Below are positions 27,357-36,788 of a stretch of DNA of 64,000 nt, piece by piece; the first letter of the stretch is position 1; every line of letters begins with the position of its first letter. Made by a program: the position numbers and the translations under genes. The DNA comes from a virus. The DNA lies in the IMG/VR virus record IMGVR_UViG_3300045988_175328, positions 1 to 64,000 of that record; one strand, given 5' to 3'. The notes below the pieces were generated by a model that had not been told where the DNA came from, searched no databases, and worked only from the letters and a program-made list of their open reading frames with translations.

Positions 27357-30287
27357 ATGAAGATTAATTTTAATGAAGTCACAAAAGGACTTATTCCATA
27401 CATTAAAAGAACTAAATCTTACGATAAAAAAAATTCTATTCATAGAAAAGATAGAATTACTGAAGTATATGTAATTTCTGAAGAAGCTATTCTAATTAAA
27501 GAAGAACTTCCTAAGTCAAGAAAAGAAAGAAATTATATTGCCGAAGGTAAATATATTAAAGATGTTATTAACGACGACAGTCTTGTTGAACAGCTTTTAT
27601 CGCATCGAAAAATTCAACAATATTCTTGGACAGTATTTTCGATGGGAGTATCTGGGTATCAATATAAATTATTGATTCATGGTGATCATGAACATTCACT
27701 TGTTCTTCAATCAGATTGCTTAATTGAAAAAGCTAATGCATTTGAACGAGAAAAAATTCAAGAATATTTCATTAGCTCTTATAACAATGCAATCCATAGA
27801 AGAGGAAATATGCGAGATTATTTATTTCGCCATCCAGATTTTTTCATTAATTCGTTCGATCAAATTGAATCCTTTTTAGATATAACTTATCACTCTAAAT
27901 TAAAATTAAAATTTGTAAACATTCGATGGAAAAAATTAGATCGATTCATTCAAAGCTCTATTGAAGAAGCTTTAACTAGAATGGGTGATCCAATTGTCGA
28001 TCGAAATACTACAAAACAAGAGTTCATCGATAAGTATCAATCAGAGTTAGCTAAATCTATCAATGAAAATTTAAATATAGAGTATGTTCCATTTGAAGGA
28101 AAGTACAATAAAGTCGATGAATACGCTAAGTATTTAACATACAGAAACGACTTTACGTTCCTTACCAATCAAAAGCATATGATTGCCGCTGGTATTACAC
28201 ACCTTAAGAAAAATCATTCATTATTCTTAATTTCTGAAATGGGTACTGGCAAAACTAGTATGGCACTTGCTATGGCAATGCTCCATAAAGGGACTAATAA
28301 AAATGTTGTTGTAATTTGTCCGACACATTTAAACGACAAATGGCGCTATGATATTCAAAAATTAGTTCCTAATTCTATTATCCATGAGCCTAATGATGTT
28401 AAAGATTTTATTGCTAATATTGAGCCTAGATTAAGAGAAGGTATCGGCAATAATTTTGTATTAGTTAATCCGAAACTTCTTCGTCATAAATATATTCAAT
28501 CTTGGATTAGTAAAAATCGAGAAGCTCAATGGTCAAGAGCTAAAATTGGAAATAATCTATTTGATTATACTGAAAAATACGGAGAAAAAGTTGTTGAAGA
28601 ATACACTAAAAAACTTTGGAGTAATACTCAGATGTATGAGAACACATATCCAAAATCTTTAACTAGAAAATATAAAGTTCCGATTACGCAAATAGATTCA
28701 GGCACTCCTGACTATTATGCTTTTCATAGCCAAAAAATTCTTGAAGATGTTTCTTATGAGAAAGATTTCGTATCTTTAGATTGGTATATCTCTAGAAAAT
28801 GTAAGAATCTTTTTGACTTCTGTATTATCGATGAGCTTCATCAATATTTAAGTGACAGCCTTCAATCTTCTGGCGCATCTCGAATTGCTAACTGTTCTAA
28901 AAAGGTAATTGGTTTAACTGGTACTTTATTTAATGGTAGCATTAAAAATATTTGGTATCTATACTATAATTTTAGACGCGGGCCTTTTGTCCAGCACTTA
29001 CGTTCTATTAATCGAAGAGAATCTGCATATAAAACAATTTTTGCAAAAGAATATGCCCTTCGAGAAATGGCAGCTGGATATAAACAGAACGATGAAGAGA
29101 ATATGACAGTTAGCGGTCGTGAAATTCAAGAGATAGCTGAAAAATATAAGATCATCAATGTCGATGATTATTATTTAAAATATGAAAAAGAAAATGGATC
29201 TATCGAATCATATTTACATGGAGTGTGCCTATCTTTAAAATCTGACCTCTTGAATCCAAGACTTTTTAGTGATTTATTAATTGGTGATTGTATCTTCATG
29301 AATATGTCTGACGTATCTGAAAATATGCCAGAAATTCGAGAGAATGTAATCTTATTGAATTTACGAGAAGAAGATCAAGCTATCTATGATAAGAATATTA
29401 GTATTCTATCTCAGCGCCAATATGGTCCACTTGAAAAACATGCATTAATTCGTCATATCTCAGGTTGGATTAATACAGGCTTATCTTGGAGATTGCGCGA
29501 TCATAATTTTGACCAGATTCCACTAATTAATAATAATAAGCTAGAAGAGCTTGTTAAGATCATTAATCATCATGCTAATGAACGTATCTTAGTGTATACA
29601 TATTTTGATGATAATAACTCGGTAAATCACTCGATTGCAAATCAGTTAGATAAACATGGAATTAAATATTCTATTTTAACAGATTCTGTCAAAGCTAAAG
29701 ATCGTATTAGTTGGTTCCAAAAACAAGTAGATGATGATGTACGTGTTGTTATCTGTAATCCACGTCAGATTGAAACTGGCGTCGACTTACTTGATTTTAC
29801 AACTATCGTGTTCTATGAACTTGATCAACGATATTATACGTTTAGACAAGCTAGTCGCCGAAGCTATCGATTAAATCAAAAGAATCCTGTTACTTTATAC
29901 TATTTAGTATATAAGGACACAGTTCAAGAAAATTTAATTAACTATATGGCTGAGAAAGTTCGTAGCGTTAAGCTGATGGAAGGTGAATTTGACGATGAAG
30001 GTCTTGCGGCCCTTGCATCTCCTGAGCGTGATCCATCTGAAGCTATCTTTGCCTCTATGACAAAGAAAGAAAAGATGGAACAAGATGATGATGTCTTTAG
30101 TTTTAATAAATATGCCGAAGCTATTACTAAAGAAATGAAGCGAGAAGACGTAGTCGTTAAGATTACTCCTGTTAAAAAAAAGCTTACTTTAAGTACTTCT
30201 GAACTAATGAAAGATCTTGAGAATATGTGCTTGACAAATAGAAAAGAGTATGATACTCTTATTCTAGAAAATTGTATTTCAATGTAG
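27357..30287 (+). CDS. large SF2 (SNF2/DEAH-like) helicase
   Basis: LISEMGTGKTSMA (I), IIDELHQY (II), GLTGTLFNG (III), and a C-terminal helicase domain with QASRRSYR. Confidence 0.75.
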   Translation: MKINFNEVTKGLIPYIKRTKSYDKKNSIHRKDRITEVYVISEEAILIKEELPKSRKERNYIAEGKYIKDVINDDSLVEQLLSHRKIQQYSWTVFSMGVSGYQYKLLIHGDHEHSLVLQSDCLIEKANAFEREKIQEYFISSYNNAIHRRGNMRDYLFRHPDFFINSFDQIESFLDITYHSKLKLKFVNIRWKKLDRFIQSSIEEALTRMGDPIVDRNTTKQEFIDKYQSELAKSINENLNIEYVPFEGKYNKVDEYAKYLTYRNDFTFLTNQKHMIAAGITHLKKNHSLFLISEMGTGKTSMALAMAMLHKGTNKNVVVICPTHLNDKWRYDIQKLVPNSIIHEPNDVKDFIANIEPRLREGIGNNFVLVNPKLLRHKYIQSWISKNREAQWSRAKIGNNLFDYTEKYGEKVVEEYTKKLWSNTQMYENTYPKSLTRKYKVPITQIDSGTPDYYAFHSQKILEDVSYEKDFVSLDWYISRKCKNLFDFCIIDELHQYLSDSLQSSGASRIANCSKKVIGLTGTLFNGSIKNIWYLYYNFRRGPFVQHLRSINRRESAYKTIFAKEYALREMAAGYKQNDEENMTVSGREIQEIAEKYKIINVDDYYLKYEKENGSIESYLHGVCLSLKSDLLNPRLFSDLLIGDCIFMNMSDVSENMPEIRENVILLNLREEDQAIYDKNISILSQRQYGPLEKHALIRHISGWINTGLSWRLRDHNFDQIPLINNNKLEELVKIINHHANERILVYTYFDDNNSVNHSIANQLDKHGIKYSILTDSVKAKDRISWFQKQVDDDVRVVICNPRQIETGVDLLDFTTIVFYELDQRYYTFRQASRRSYRLNQKNPVTLYYLVYKDTVQENLINYMAEKVRSVKLMEGEFDDEGLAALASPERDPSEAIFASMTKKEKMEQDDDVFSFNKYAEAITKEMKREDVVVKITPVKKKLTLSTSELMKDLENMCLTNRKEYDTLILENCISM

Positions 30288-30295
30288 CAATATAA

Positions 30296-30319
30296 GTAGG
30301 GGAAGTTGAATTCCCCTAC
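30296..30319 (+). terminator. stem-loop after the helicase gene (no U-tract)
   Basis: GTAGGGGAA / TTCCCCTAC perfect 9-bp stem with a 6-nt loop, not followed by T residues. Confidence 0.35.
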
Positions 30320-30796
30320 GAGATTGATACATAGAACTAAATATAACGTCAAAATAGGCACAAATAACTCAATATAGAAAAATCATATTCAAGCCAGATT
30401 CATAAACTGTAACGAATATGCGAGCTACAAGATGCAATGCTTGTAGTGACCTACGGGTTGGTGGTTAGCAAATGGAAGAACACCTTCGAAAAAAAACGTC
30501 CAGTTGATCTTCTGGAAAAAAAGGATTCAGGCGGAGACTGCCGTAATTACATCTTTTAAAAATTAGTAATTAAGCCGTAAGGCTTGTTTGCTGTGCCTAA
30601 AAAGATTAAGATTAGAAAGGTCTGGCTTTTTATTTGGAATTCGAACGTGAGTCATACTTAGAGATGAATGCGTTGTGGCCTTAAATACTTCTAGTAAGAG
30701 CATGGGGCGAATCATGCTTGAGATAAGTAGTCTATACTGACACCATAGAGAAGCTACTTTGAAATTACACTACATGCCTGATAGTCATGAACAGGT

Positions 30797-30932
30797 GTGC
30801 CACCCTCTACAATCTTTCCTGCTCTTTAGCAGGCTAAACAAAAAAATCAAAAAAATAATCGACTGTTTTAAGTAACAGAAAATTATTTTTTCTTTTTTTT
30901 TATTTGTTTTTTAAGATTGTAGGGTGGGTGAA
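30797..30932. repeat. long imperfect palindrome (~130 nt) with an A-run arm and a T-run arm
   Basis: CACCCTCTACAATCTT (30801-30816) versus AAGATTGTAGGGTGGGTG (30913-30930), with a 10-bp perfect core. An A-rich left interior faces a T-rich right interior around a CTGTT/AACAG hairpin. Confidence 0.7.
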
Positions 30933-30989
30933 GTGTAGCCTTAACTGTACTGTATCTTAGTATGAAACATATGCTTCGGCAATTAACTG

Positions 30990-31358
30990 AACTGATAGTT
31001 CTCTTTGAAATAGTTGAATACTCGCCGCATCTCTTCGTACGATTATATTTAATAGGATTATGGCGGCGAGTCTAGTATTCTCTAGTTCAGTAGAGATCAG
31101 TTGATTAGAACTGTATTGTTAAGTTAACTATAGATTCTATAGAATTTAATTACTGCTTCTTATGACTGAAACAATTGTTCGATGGCTACACTGAACCGAG
31201 GAGTACGGTATAACTGATTCTAGTACTGCTGAGTTAATACTAGTATCATTAGCACTGCTTATAGATCAGTTGGATATATGATCAGTACAGTATGAAATAT
31301 ATGTTCTATCTTATTATTAGCACTGCTTGGTTTACCAAATAGTATGGTTGAATCAGTT
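30990..31358. repeat. iteron-like short repeats (ATCAGTT/AACTGAT x6; ATTAGCACTGCTT x2)
   Basis: ATCAGTT at 31096, 31265 and 31352. ATCAGTa at 31281. AACTGAT at 30990 and 31212. 13-nt direct repeat ATTAGCACTGCTT at 31248-31260 and 31316-31328. Hairpin ACTCGCCGC / GCGGCGAGT at 31020-31072. Confidence 0.6.
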
Positions 31359-31410
31359 ATTCAATACAGTAATATATGGTAACTGAGTTTAGCTTGAAGG
31401 AGATAGTAGG

Positions 31411-31788
31411 ATGAAATTCGATATAGATACATACATAATCAAGAGGATAGTCTGGCCTAACGAAAGATATATCAGCAGCTTATCTCATACACTAATAACC
31501 TACCCCAACTATTATATGGAAGATACAGAAACAGGATGCATCTTATCAGTTGAAGAATACAACGAGATTAAGAAGAATCAAGTACACTCTGAGTTCTGTA
31601 ATCCCTATCCAGATGATAGTTGCTTCATGAATTATTACTATGGTGAAATACGAGATGCTATAGAAGATGAGTTTAGAGCTAAGGTAAATTGTATTAGATC
31701 AGAGAATATCTTTGGTAAACAGACAGTTCCAAATATAAAGTACAAAGTTCTTAATGGAGAGCTAGTAGTGATTGACGACGAGAAATAA
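31411..31788 (+). CDS. hypothetical protein
   Basis: 125-aa ORF with a GAAGGAGA RBS. Confidence 0.55.
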   Translation: MKFDIDTYIIKRIVWPNERYISSLSHTLITYPNYYMEDTETGCILSVEEYNEIKKNQVHSEFCNPYPDDSCFMNYYYGEIRDAIEDEFRAKVNCIRSENIFGKQTVPNIKYKVLNGELVVIDDEK

Positions 31789-31842
31789 ATATAGTACAAT
31801 TGTAATTGTAGTATAGTATTTTTCTAACTTTCAAATACTTAC

Positions 31843-31900
31843 AGCACTAGATATAAGTAGAACAAATAATAGCTACTTATATCTAGTGCTATTTCTCTTT
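31843..31900 (+). terminator. strong stem-loop terminator
   Basis: Perfect 18-bp inverted repeat AGCACTAGATATAAGTAG / CTACTTATATCTAGTGCT with a 12-nt loop, followed by ATTTCTCTTT. Confidence 0.7.
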
Positions 31901-31916
31901 ATAAGGAGGTTTTTAC

Positions 31917-32231
31917 ATGTTACAAGAGTTACGACAGAAACTTGACGAGATCTTTGAAACTACTTACGAAGTAATTTTAATTAGCAACAGTAGCTGTCTT
32001 TTAAAAGTATATCTTGGTAGAGCTCAATATGACATTATTATATATGAAGTCGATATCGATAAGTTCAGCGTTTCAATGAAATGTTTCGCCGGCAAATATG
32101 AACCTATGGATAGCGAAATCATATACTATCCACTTACACAGGAACTAGGCATTCTTTGCGATAAAAAAAGAATTATCCAGAGTATTCTACGGTTATTAGT
32201 TGAAGGAGTTCGTGCTAATGGCAACGTATAG
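31917..32231 (+). CDS. hypothetical protein
   Basis: 104-aa ORF with a TAAGGAGG RBS. Confidence 0.55.
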   Translation: MLQELRQKLDEIFETTYEVILISNSSCLLKVYLGRAQYDIIIYEVDIDKFSVSMKCFAGKYEPMDSEIIYYPLTQELGILCDKKRIIQSILRLLVEGVRANGNV

Positions 32232-35200
32232 AATGGTTGACGCCATGGCAACTGCTTGGGATTTTTTCGCTAAGAAAGAAGTTCGTCCTGTAGTTGCTGC
32301 TGGTATAATGGGAAATATATACGGAGAATCTGGATGGAATATTCATATTAAAAATGAAGGCGGCTATACTGGATTATGTCAGTGGGATCCAGAAACTAGA
32401 TGGCCTCGGTTTTTAAGCCAGGGAAGAAATCCAGATCGTGTATTAGATCAGTTAGAATATCTTTGGTGGGAACTTCAAACTGACTATAAAAGTATGATTC
32501 CTAGCACTGATGATGTATTAAATTCTGATACAATCGAAGCAGCAACTAAAAATTTTCATGATTGTTTCGAACGATCAGGCAATTGGACAGATAGTGGTCC
32601 GGAACGGATAAAAAGAGCTAAGGAAGCATATGAACATTTTGTTAATAAAGTTGAATTAAATGAAGTAGATTATCCTTCTATAACAGTTGATGCATATGAT
32701 CCTAATGGTGTCACTCAAATTGATCCTCAAAAATTAGGTAAAGGAGGAGCCGCTAGTTTTAGCTCAACTTCTGCAACTGGGACTCAATTATCGAAGATGG
32801 GCGTTAAACCTACGCCTAAACAATATACTATTTTTAAAGGACAGAAATTAGCTCCTAAAAGCACTCCTTGTGTTCCTGTATATCCCGATATTATATCGGT
32901 ATATAATCAGATTCCAGATTGGGCTATGAAAGATGTATTAGGAGATGAAGCTGGAAAGGTTCAACCACCATCTGGTCATGCTAATCATTATAAAAAAGTT
33001 AAATCTAAAGGAGGTACTAATGCAGGAACAACTGGGGGCAATACTAATAATTCTATTATTGGGACTAAGAATAATAATACCGCTATTAACAATAATAATT
33101 CTTCTTCTGATAGTAAGTCTAGTAATTCTGTTCCTAATTCTAATACAGTAAATTCTAACTCAGGAATTAGTACTAGATCTGCAGAGCCTGTTCCTATTAA
33201 TCCAGGAGCTCCTGCGCCAGGAGACAAGAAAATTCCTGAATCTGATCAAAATAAAGAAGCCACTACAACTAAACCTCAAGAACAAAAACAGAGTCCTACA
33301 ATTTTAACAAATAATGTTCCACAATCAGCTTATGAACAGGTAAACAATGATTATGGTTGTTTTAATGTTGTTCTTCCTGGTGGAGCCATTGCTAAATATG
33401 GTAATGCTAATGCTGCCGAGTCATTAAAATATGTCCAAACTCTTGCACAACGTCAAATTAGATTTAATCCTAAAGATCACAGCAATGCTATTAAAGCGCC
33501 ATTTCCTGGTAAAGTTCAGAACAATAATGATCCATTTCCTGTAGATTTACGAATACGTGATTTAGAAATGCATAATCCACGCATTGTAATCGACAGTATT
33601 AATGGATTAACTGAATTTGAAACCGCTACGGCTAAAGCGTTACTTGAGCTAGGTGGTGATACTGAAAAACGGGTTGTTCAACTTGAAAATCATTTAGCAA
33701 CAACTATGCGATATTTATTTAGATTGGCGTCTATTGTTCCAATTAATGATATTTACTATGGAGGCAATTCTCTTTATGAAAAATATCATGGGATTCGACA
33801 ACTTGACGATATGCTTATTAATGATGGATTTCAAACTCAACTCGATCAATACTTAACTTCAACTCGTGTTGAGCCTATTATTGGTCAAGTATATGAATTA
33901 TTAAATCAAGTCGGCGCCAATTTATCTGTAATCCTTGATGACAATCAAATGGCATATTCTAATATGGATCATTATGTAAAATTAAACGATATTACTCAAT
34001 ATCAGGAACCATTAAAAATGGCTGTTATTCATGAAGCGGCTTCATTAACAAAAAGCACTGAAGATCAAGTCTTAAATGAGATATGGCCTGATGGATTTGT
34101 AATGGATTGGAAATTAATTCCTGTTGAACAACAAACTCCATTAATTAATTGGCGCCAATCTATTATAGACGATGGCTCTGCATTAATGAACAGTGCTCCA
34201 TTATATGGAACTGGAGATGCCGCTGGTGCTGCTATGACCGGCAACGCTAAAAATAATATTTTTTATAAAACTGCTGTTGAGCTTTCTGGGTCTAGTCATC
34301 AAGATGTTGTAAAAATGATTAAAATTGCTGAAGATAAAATTAAACAATATCAAGATATAGCTGAGAATATAGCTAAGTCCAAAGAAGTTTACATGAGTTT
34401 AAATAAATCTTTGAAAGATTCTAATCTTGGTTCTGATTTCTCAACTCCAGTAATTGCAACATTAATGTGTATGAAAGATACGTCTGATTTTGCAGCTGTA
34501 GTTGAAGGGTTAAAAGGTGTTAAAGCTAAAATTAAAGAACAGTCTTCCATTACGAATCCATTATTAATTGCTCTTGCTTATCTAGAAGAAGATCTATATA
34601 TCATTGGCGATAACCCAACGAAAGATCCAACTGATAAAAAGACAGAGCATGAAGAATTAAGAACCCGTTTAGATTTTGTTTATAAAACTAAGAAAACTGA
34701 GTCTAGTTCTGAAAATGGCTCAGGCGGTGGTATACAAAAGATTTATTTCAATCTTACTCTTGGTGAAGAAGAAAAATGGACCTTTAGTCAATTTATGGAG
34801 CCATATTCTATTAACTGCCATAAGAAACGAGAAGAACCAGTAGAGCTTGATAACAAATTACAATCTCTTGTTACATTATGTATTTGTTATAGGGAACTTT
34901 CTAAAAAATTTAGAATGACTGAATTTGATAATGATCAATGGACATTCTTTATTAAACAAGAATTAATTGAAAAAATGTACATTGCTGGATTTCCTGGAGA
35001 AGAAAGAAGTAGTCATATTCATGAAGGATTTGATATCGATATTGAAGGAGCTGAAAGCGGTGAATTTAATGTTGAGGTATTATCTCCTTGTGAAGGATAC
35101 ATAATTGATTCTAGTCAAACATGGGGGACTGTGACCATTCAATCTTCAAATGGAACAAATAATGTAGTTAATTTCTTCCATTTAAAAGAACGTTTTGTTA

Positions 35201-35451
35201 ATACTGGAGATCAAGTTCAAAAAGGAACTCCTATTGGAATTATGGGAGGTATCGGAGGCTCTGGCTCTACAGAATATCCAGAACATATACATGTTGAGCT
35301 TTGGCCAACTGGATATAAATCCCATCCATTTGGAAGTATTGGTAGTTGTTATCCAGGAATTTTCCAAGACTACTGTCAAGATGCTATTGATCGAAGAGTT
35401 CGTGAACATGGAAGTGGGGAGTATTCTTATTTTAGAAACTTCGGCAAATAA
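32218..35451 (+). CDS. virion-associated peptidoglycan hydrolase: N-terminal phage tail-lysozyme-like domain + C-terminal M23 peptidase
   Basis: N-terminus AAGIMGNIYGESGWN...GLCQWD. C-terminus HIHEGFDIDI (HxxxD) and PEHIHVELW (HxH). Asn/Ser-rich linker around 33040-33180. Start moved to ATG 32218 behind GAAGGAG. Confidence 0.7.
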   Translation: MATYRMVDAMATAWDFFAKKEVRPVVAAGIMGNIYGESGWNIHIKNEGGYTGLCQWDPETRWPRFLSQGRNPDRVLDQLEYLWWELQTDYKSMIPSTDDVLNSDTIEAATKNFHDCFERSGNWTDSGPERIKRAKEAYEHFVNKVELNEVDYPSITVDAYDPNGVTQIDPQKLGKGGAASFSSTSATGTQLSKMGVKPTPKQYTIFKGQKLAPKSTPCVPVYPDIISVYNQIPDWAMKDVLGDEAGKVQPPSGHANHYKKVKSKGGTNAGTTGGNTNNSIIGTKNNNTAINNNNSSSDSKSSNSVPNSNTVNSNSGISTRSAEPVPINPGAPAPGDKKIPESDQNKEATTTKPQEQKQSPTILTNNVPQSAYEQVNNDYGCFNVVLPGGAIAKYGNANAAESLKYVQTLAQRQIRFNPKDHSNAIKAPFPGKVQNNNDPFPVDLRIRDLEMHNPRIVIDSINGLTEFETATAKALLELGGDTEKRVVQLENHLATTMRYLFRLASIVPINDIYYGGNSLYEKYHGIRQLDDMLINDGFQTQLDQYLTSTRVEPIIGQVYELLNQVGANLSVILDDNQMAYSNMDHYVKLNDITQYQEPLKMAVIHEAASLTKSTEDQVLNEIWPDGFVMDWKLIPVEQQTPLINWRQSIIDDGSALMNSAPLYGTGDAAGAAMTGNAKNNIFYKTAVELSGSSHQDVVKMIKIAEDKIKQYQDIAENIAKSKEVYMSLNKSLKDSNLGSDFSTPVIATLMCMKDTSDFAAVVEGLKGVKAKIKEQSSITNPLLIALAYLEEDLYIIGDNPTKDPTDKKTEHEELRTRLDFVYKTKKTESSSENGSGGGIQKIYFNLTLGEEEKWTFSQFMEPYSINCHKKREEPVELDNKLQSLVTLCICYRELSKKFRMTEFDNDQWTFFIKQELIEKMYIAGFPGEERSSHIHEGFDIDIEGAESGEFNVEVLSPCEGYIIDSSQTWGTVTIQSSNGTNNVVNFFHLKERFVNTGDQVQKGTPIGIMGGIGGSGSTEYPEHIHVELWPTGYKSHPFGSIGSCYPGIFQDYCQDAIDRRVREHGSGEYSYFRNFGK

Positions 35452-35452
35452 G

Positions 35453-35481
35453 TTGTTAAATTTTACTAATAGTAGTATAAT
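35453..35481 (+). promoter_or_regulatory. sigma-A type promoter
   Basis: TTGTTA (35453-35458), 17-nt spacer, TATAAT (35476-35481). Confidence 0.5.
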
Positions 35482-35516
35482 AATATTGTAATATAGTACA
35501 TTAAGGAGGTCTTACA

Positions 35517-36179
35517 ATGACTACAGAAACCATGACACTTCGAGAAGCTTTATCTGAAAAGAAGCTGATCGAAAAGAAAATTCAGTTTTCTCTCGATGAG
35601 AAGATCATTCATGTTACAACACACGGTTCTAAGATTATCGACGGGTTATCGACCGATGAATGGGCTGATAAAGTTAAATCTAACTATCAGTCTTTAACAG
35701 ATAATATGCGTCGATATAATGCTTTATCTAAAGCTATTTTAAATGCTAATGTAAATCATCGCATTACTGTTAAGAAATTTAAAGGCTTCGAGTCCACGAA
35801 TGAAACCGAAGAAATTTCTTTTGCTGAAGCAATTGCTCGCAAAAATTTCTTTAAAATCATTTTGATGCCTTACATCGAAACGCAATTAGTCGAGATTACT
35901 CGAGCATCTAGAAAGTATGAAACCGAGTGTCAAAAAGCAATTAGTTTAGTCGCTGAAGAGACAAATAAGGCTTGTGCTACAAAAGATACGATGAGCTCTC
36001 GCAATCGAGAGTCTATTGAAGATAACTTTAAAAAGATTTTTGAAGTTACGTATCACGATCCTTTAAAAGCAGCGAAACTAATGGCAGCAGCTAAAGATCA
36101 AGTTGAATCATATTTAAACTCTATCGATGCTTCTCTTGGTCATTTAACTGAAGTAACAGATGTGACAATCGAGTATTAA
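35517..36179 (+). CDS. hypothetical protein
   Basis: 220-aa ORF with a TAAGGAGG RBS. Confidence 0.6.
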   Translation: MTTETMTLREALSEKKLIEKKIQFSLDEKIIHVTTHGSKIIDGLSTDEWADKVKSNYQSLTDNMRRYNALSKAILNANVNHRITVKKFKGFESTNETEEISFAEAIARKNFFKIILMPYIETQLVEITRASRKYETECQKAISLVAEETNKACATKDTMSSRNRESIEDNFKKIFEVTYHDPLKAAKLMAAAKDQVESYLNSIDASLGHLTEVTDVTIEY

Positions 36180-36278
36180 TTAAAACATGTGTTAGTATAT
36201 AGAAAATTGTTTTTCTAACACGCGGCATTTTTTATAGTTGTTTTTTTGCTGCGTAATGCCAATCATAAAAACTACTAA

Positions 36279-36451
36279 ATCAAATTTGTAGAGATCAAAT
36301 AAACTCTAAATACAAGGAAATCAAATATCCTATAGAGATATTTAAAGTGGTGTGAATATATATAAATATCAAATGCCATATAGATATAAAAATAATGGCA
36401 TAAATATATTTTTAATTCACTTAAGAAATCTAGTAATCGATTTAATCAAAT
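36279..36451. repeat. five copies of ATCAAAT in an AT-rich non-coding block
   Basis: ATCAAAT at 36279, 36294, 36320, 36368 and 36445, within the 0.5-kb gap 36180-36680. Confidence 0.5.
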
Positions 36452-36611
36452 ATGTATCAATCTATCTAATCCATTAAATATATGACTTCAATCTATTACT
36501 TAATAATCCGCTTAATCTTGTAATCAATAATTTAATATAAAATCTTGGATTAAAGTTTTGAGTTTGTTAGACATTAACGATTTGTACCAAGCATATATAC
36601 TAACACTTAAT

Positions 36612-36679
36612 ATACCCCAAACGCACATAATACGTTGTATGTACAATGTATATACAACGTATTGGGGTATATTTTTTAT
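36612..36679 (+). terminator. long hairpin + T-run immediately upstream of the tRNA-like gene
   Basis: AATACGTTGTAT / ATACAACGTATT 12-bp stem, extended by ACCCCAA / TTGGGGT, then ATATTTTTTAT. Confidence 0.5.
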
Positions 36680-36753
36680 GCTTTCGTAGTTCAGTGGGAG
36701 AACAGCAGCATGTCACTGATCAGTCGCTGGTTCGAATCCAGCCGGAAGCACCA
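36680..36753 (+). tRNA. tRNA-like gene with encoded CCA; anticodon arm irregular (GUC/Asp or UGU/Thr reading)
   Basis: Acceptor GCTTTCG / CGGAAGC. D arm GTTC-AGTGGGA-GAAC. T arm GCTGG-TTCGAAT-CCAGC. 3' ACCA. The anticodon stem pairs poorly in the standard register. Confidence 0.6.
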
Positions 36754-36782
36754 TTGACAATTAAATATATTAATACTATAAT
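36754..36782 (+). promoter_or_regulatory. perfect consensus sigma-A promoter
   Basis: TTGACA (36754-36759), 17-nt spacer, TATAAT (36777-36782). Confidence 0.75.
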
Positions 36783-36788
36783 AAAGGG

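Noticed and set aside
30360-30800. Search for a tmRNA, second tRNA or CRISPR-like array in the 1.1-kb non-coding block.
   Set aside because: No tag-peptide reading frame, and no full T-arm/acceptor pair (only a partial GGAATTCGAAC). No regularly spaced direct repeats of 24-40 nt were found.
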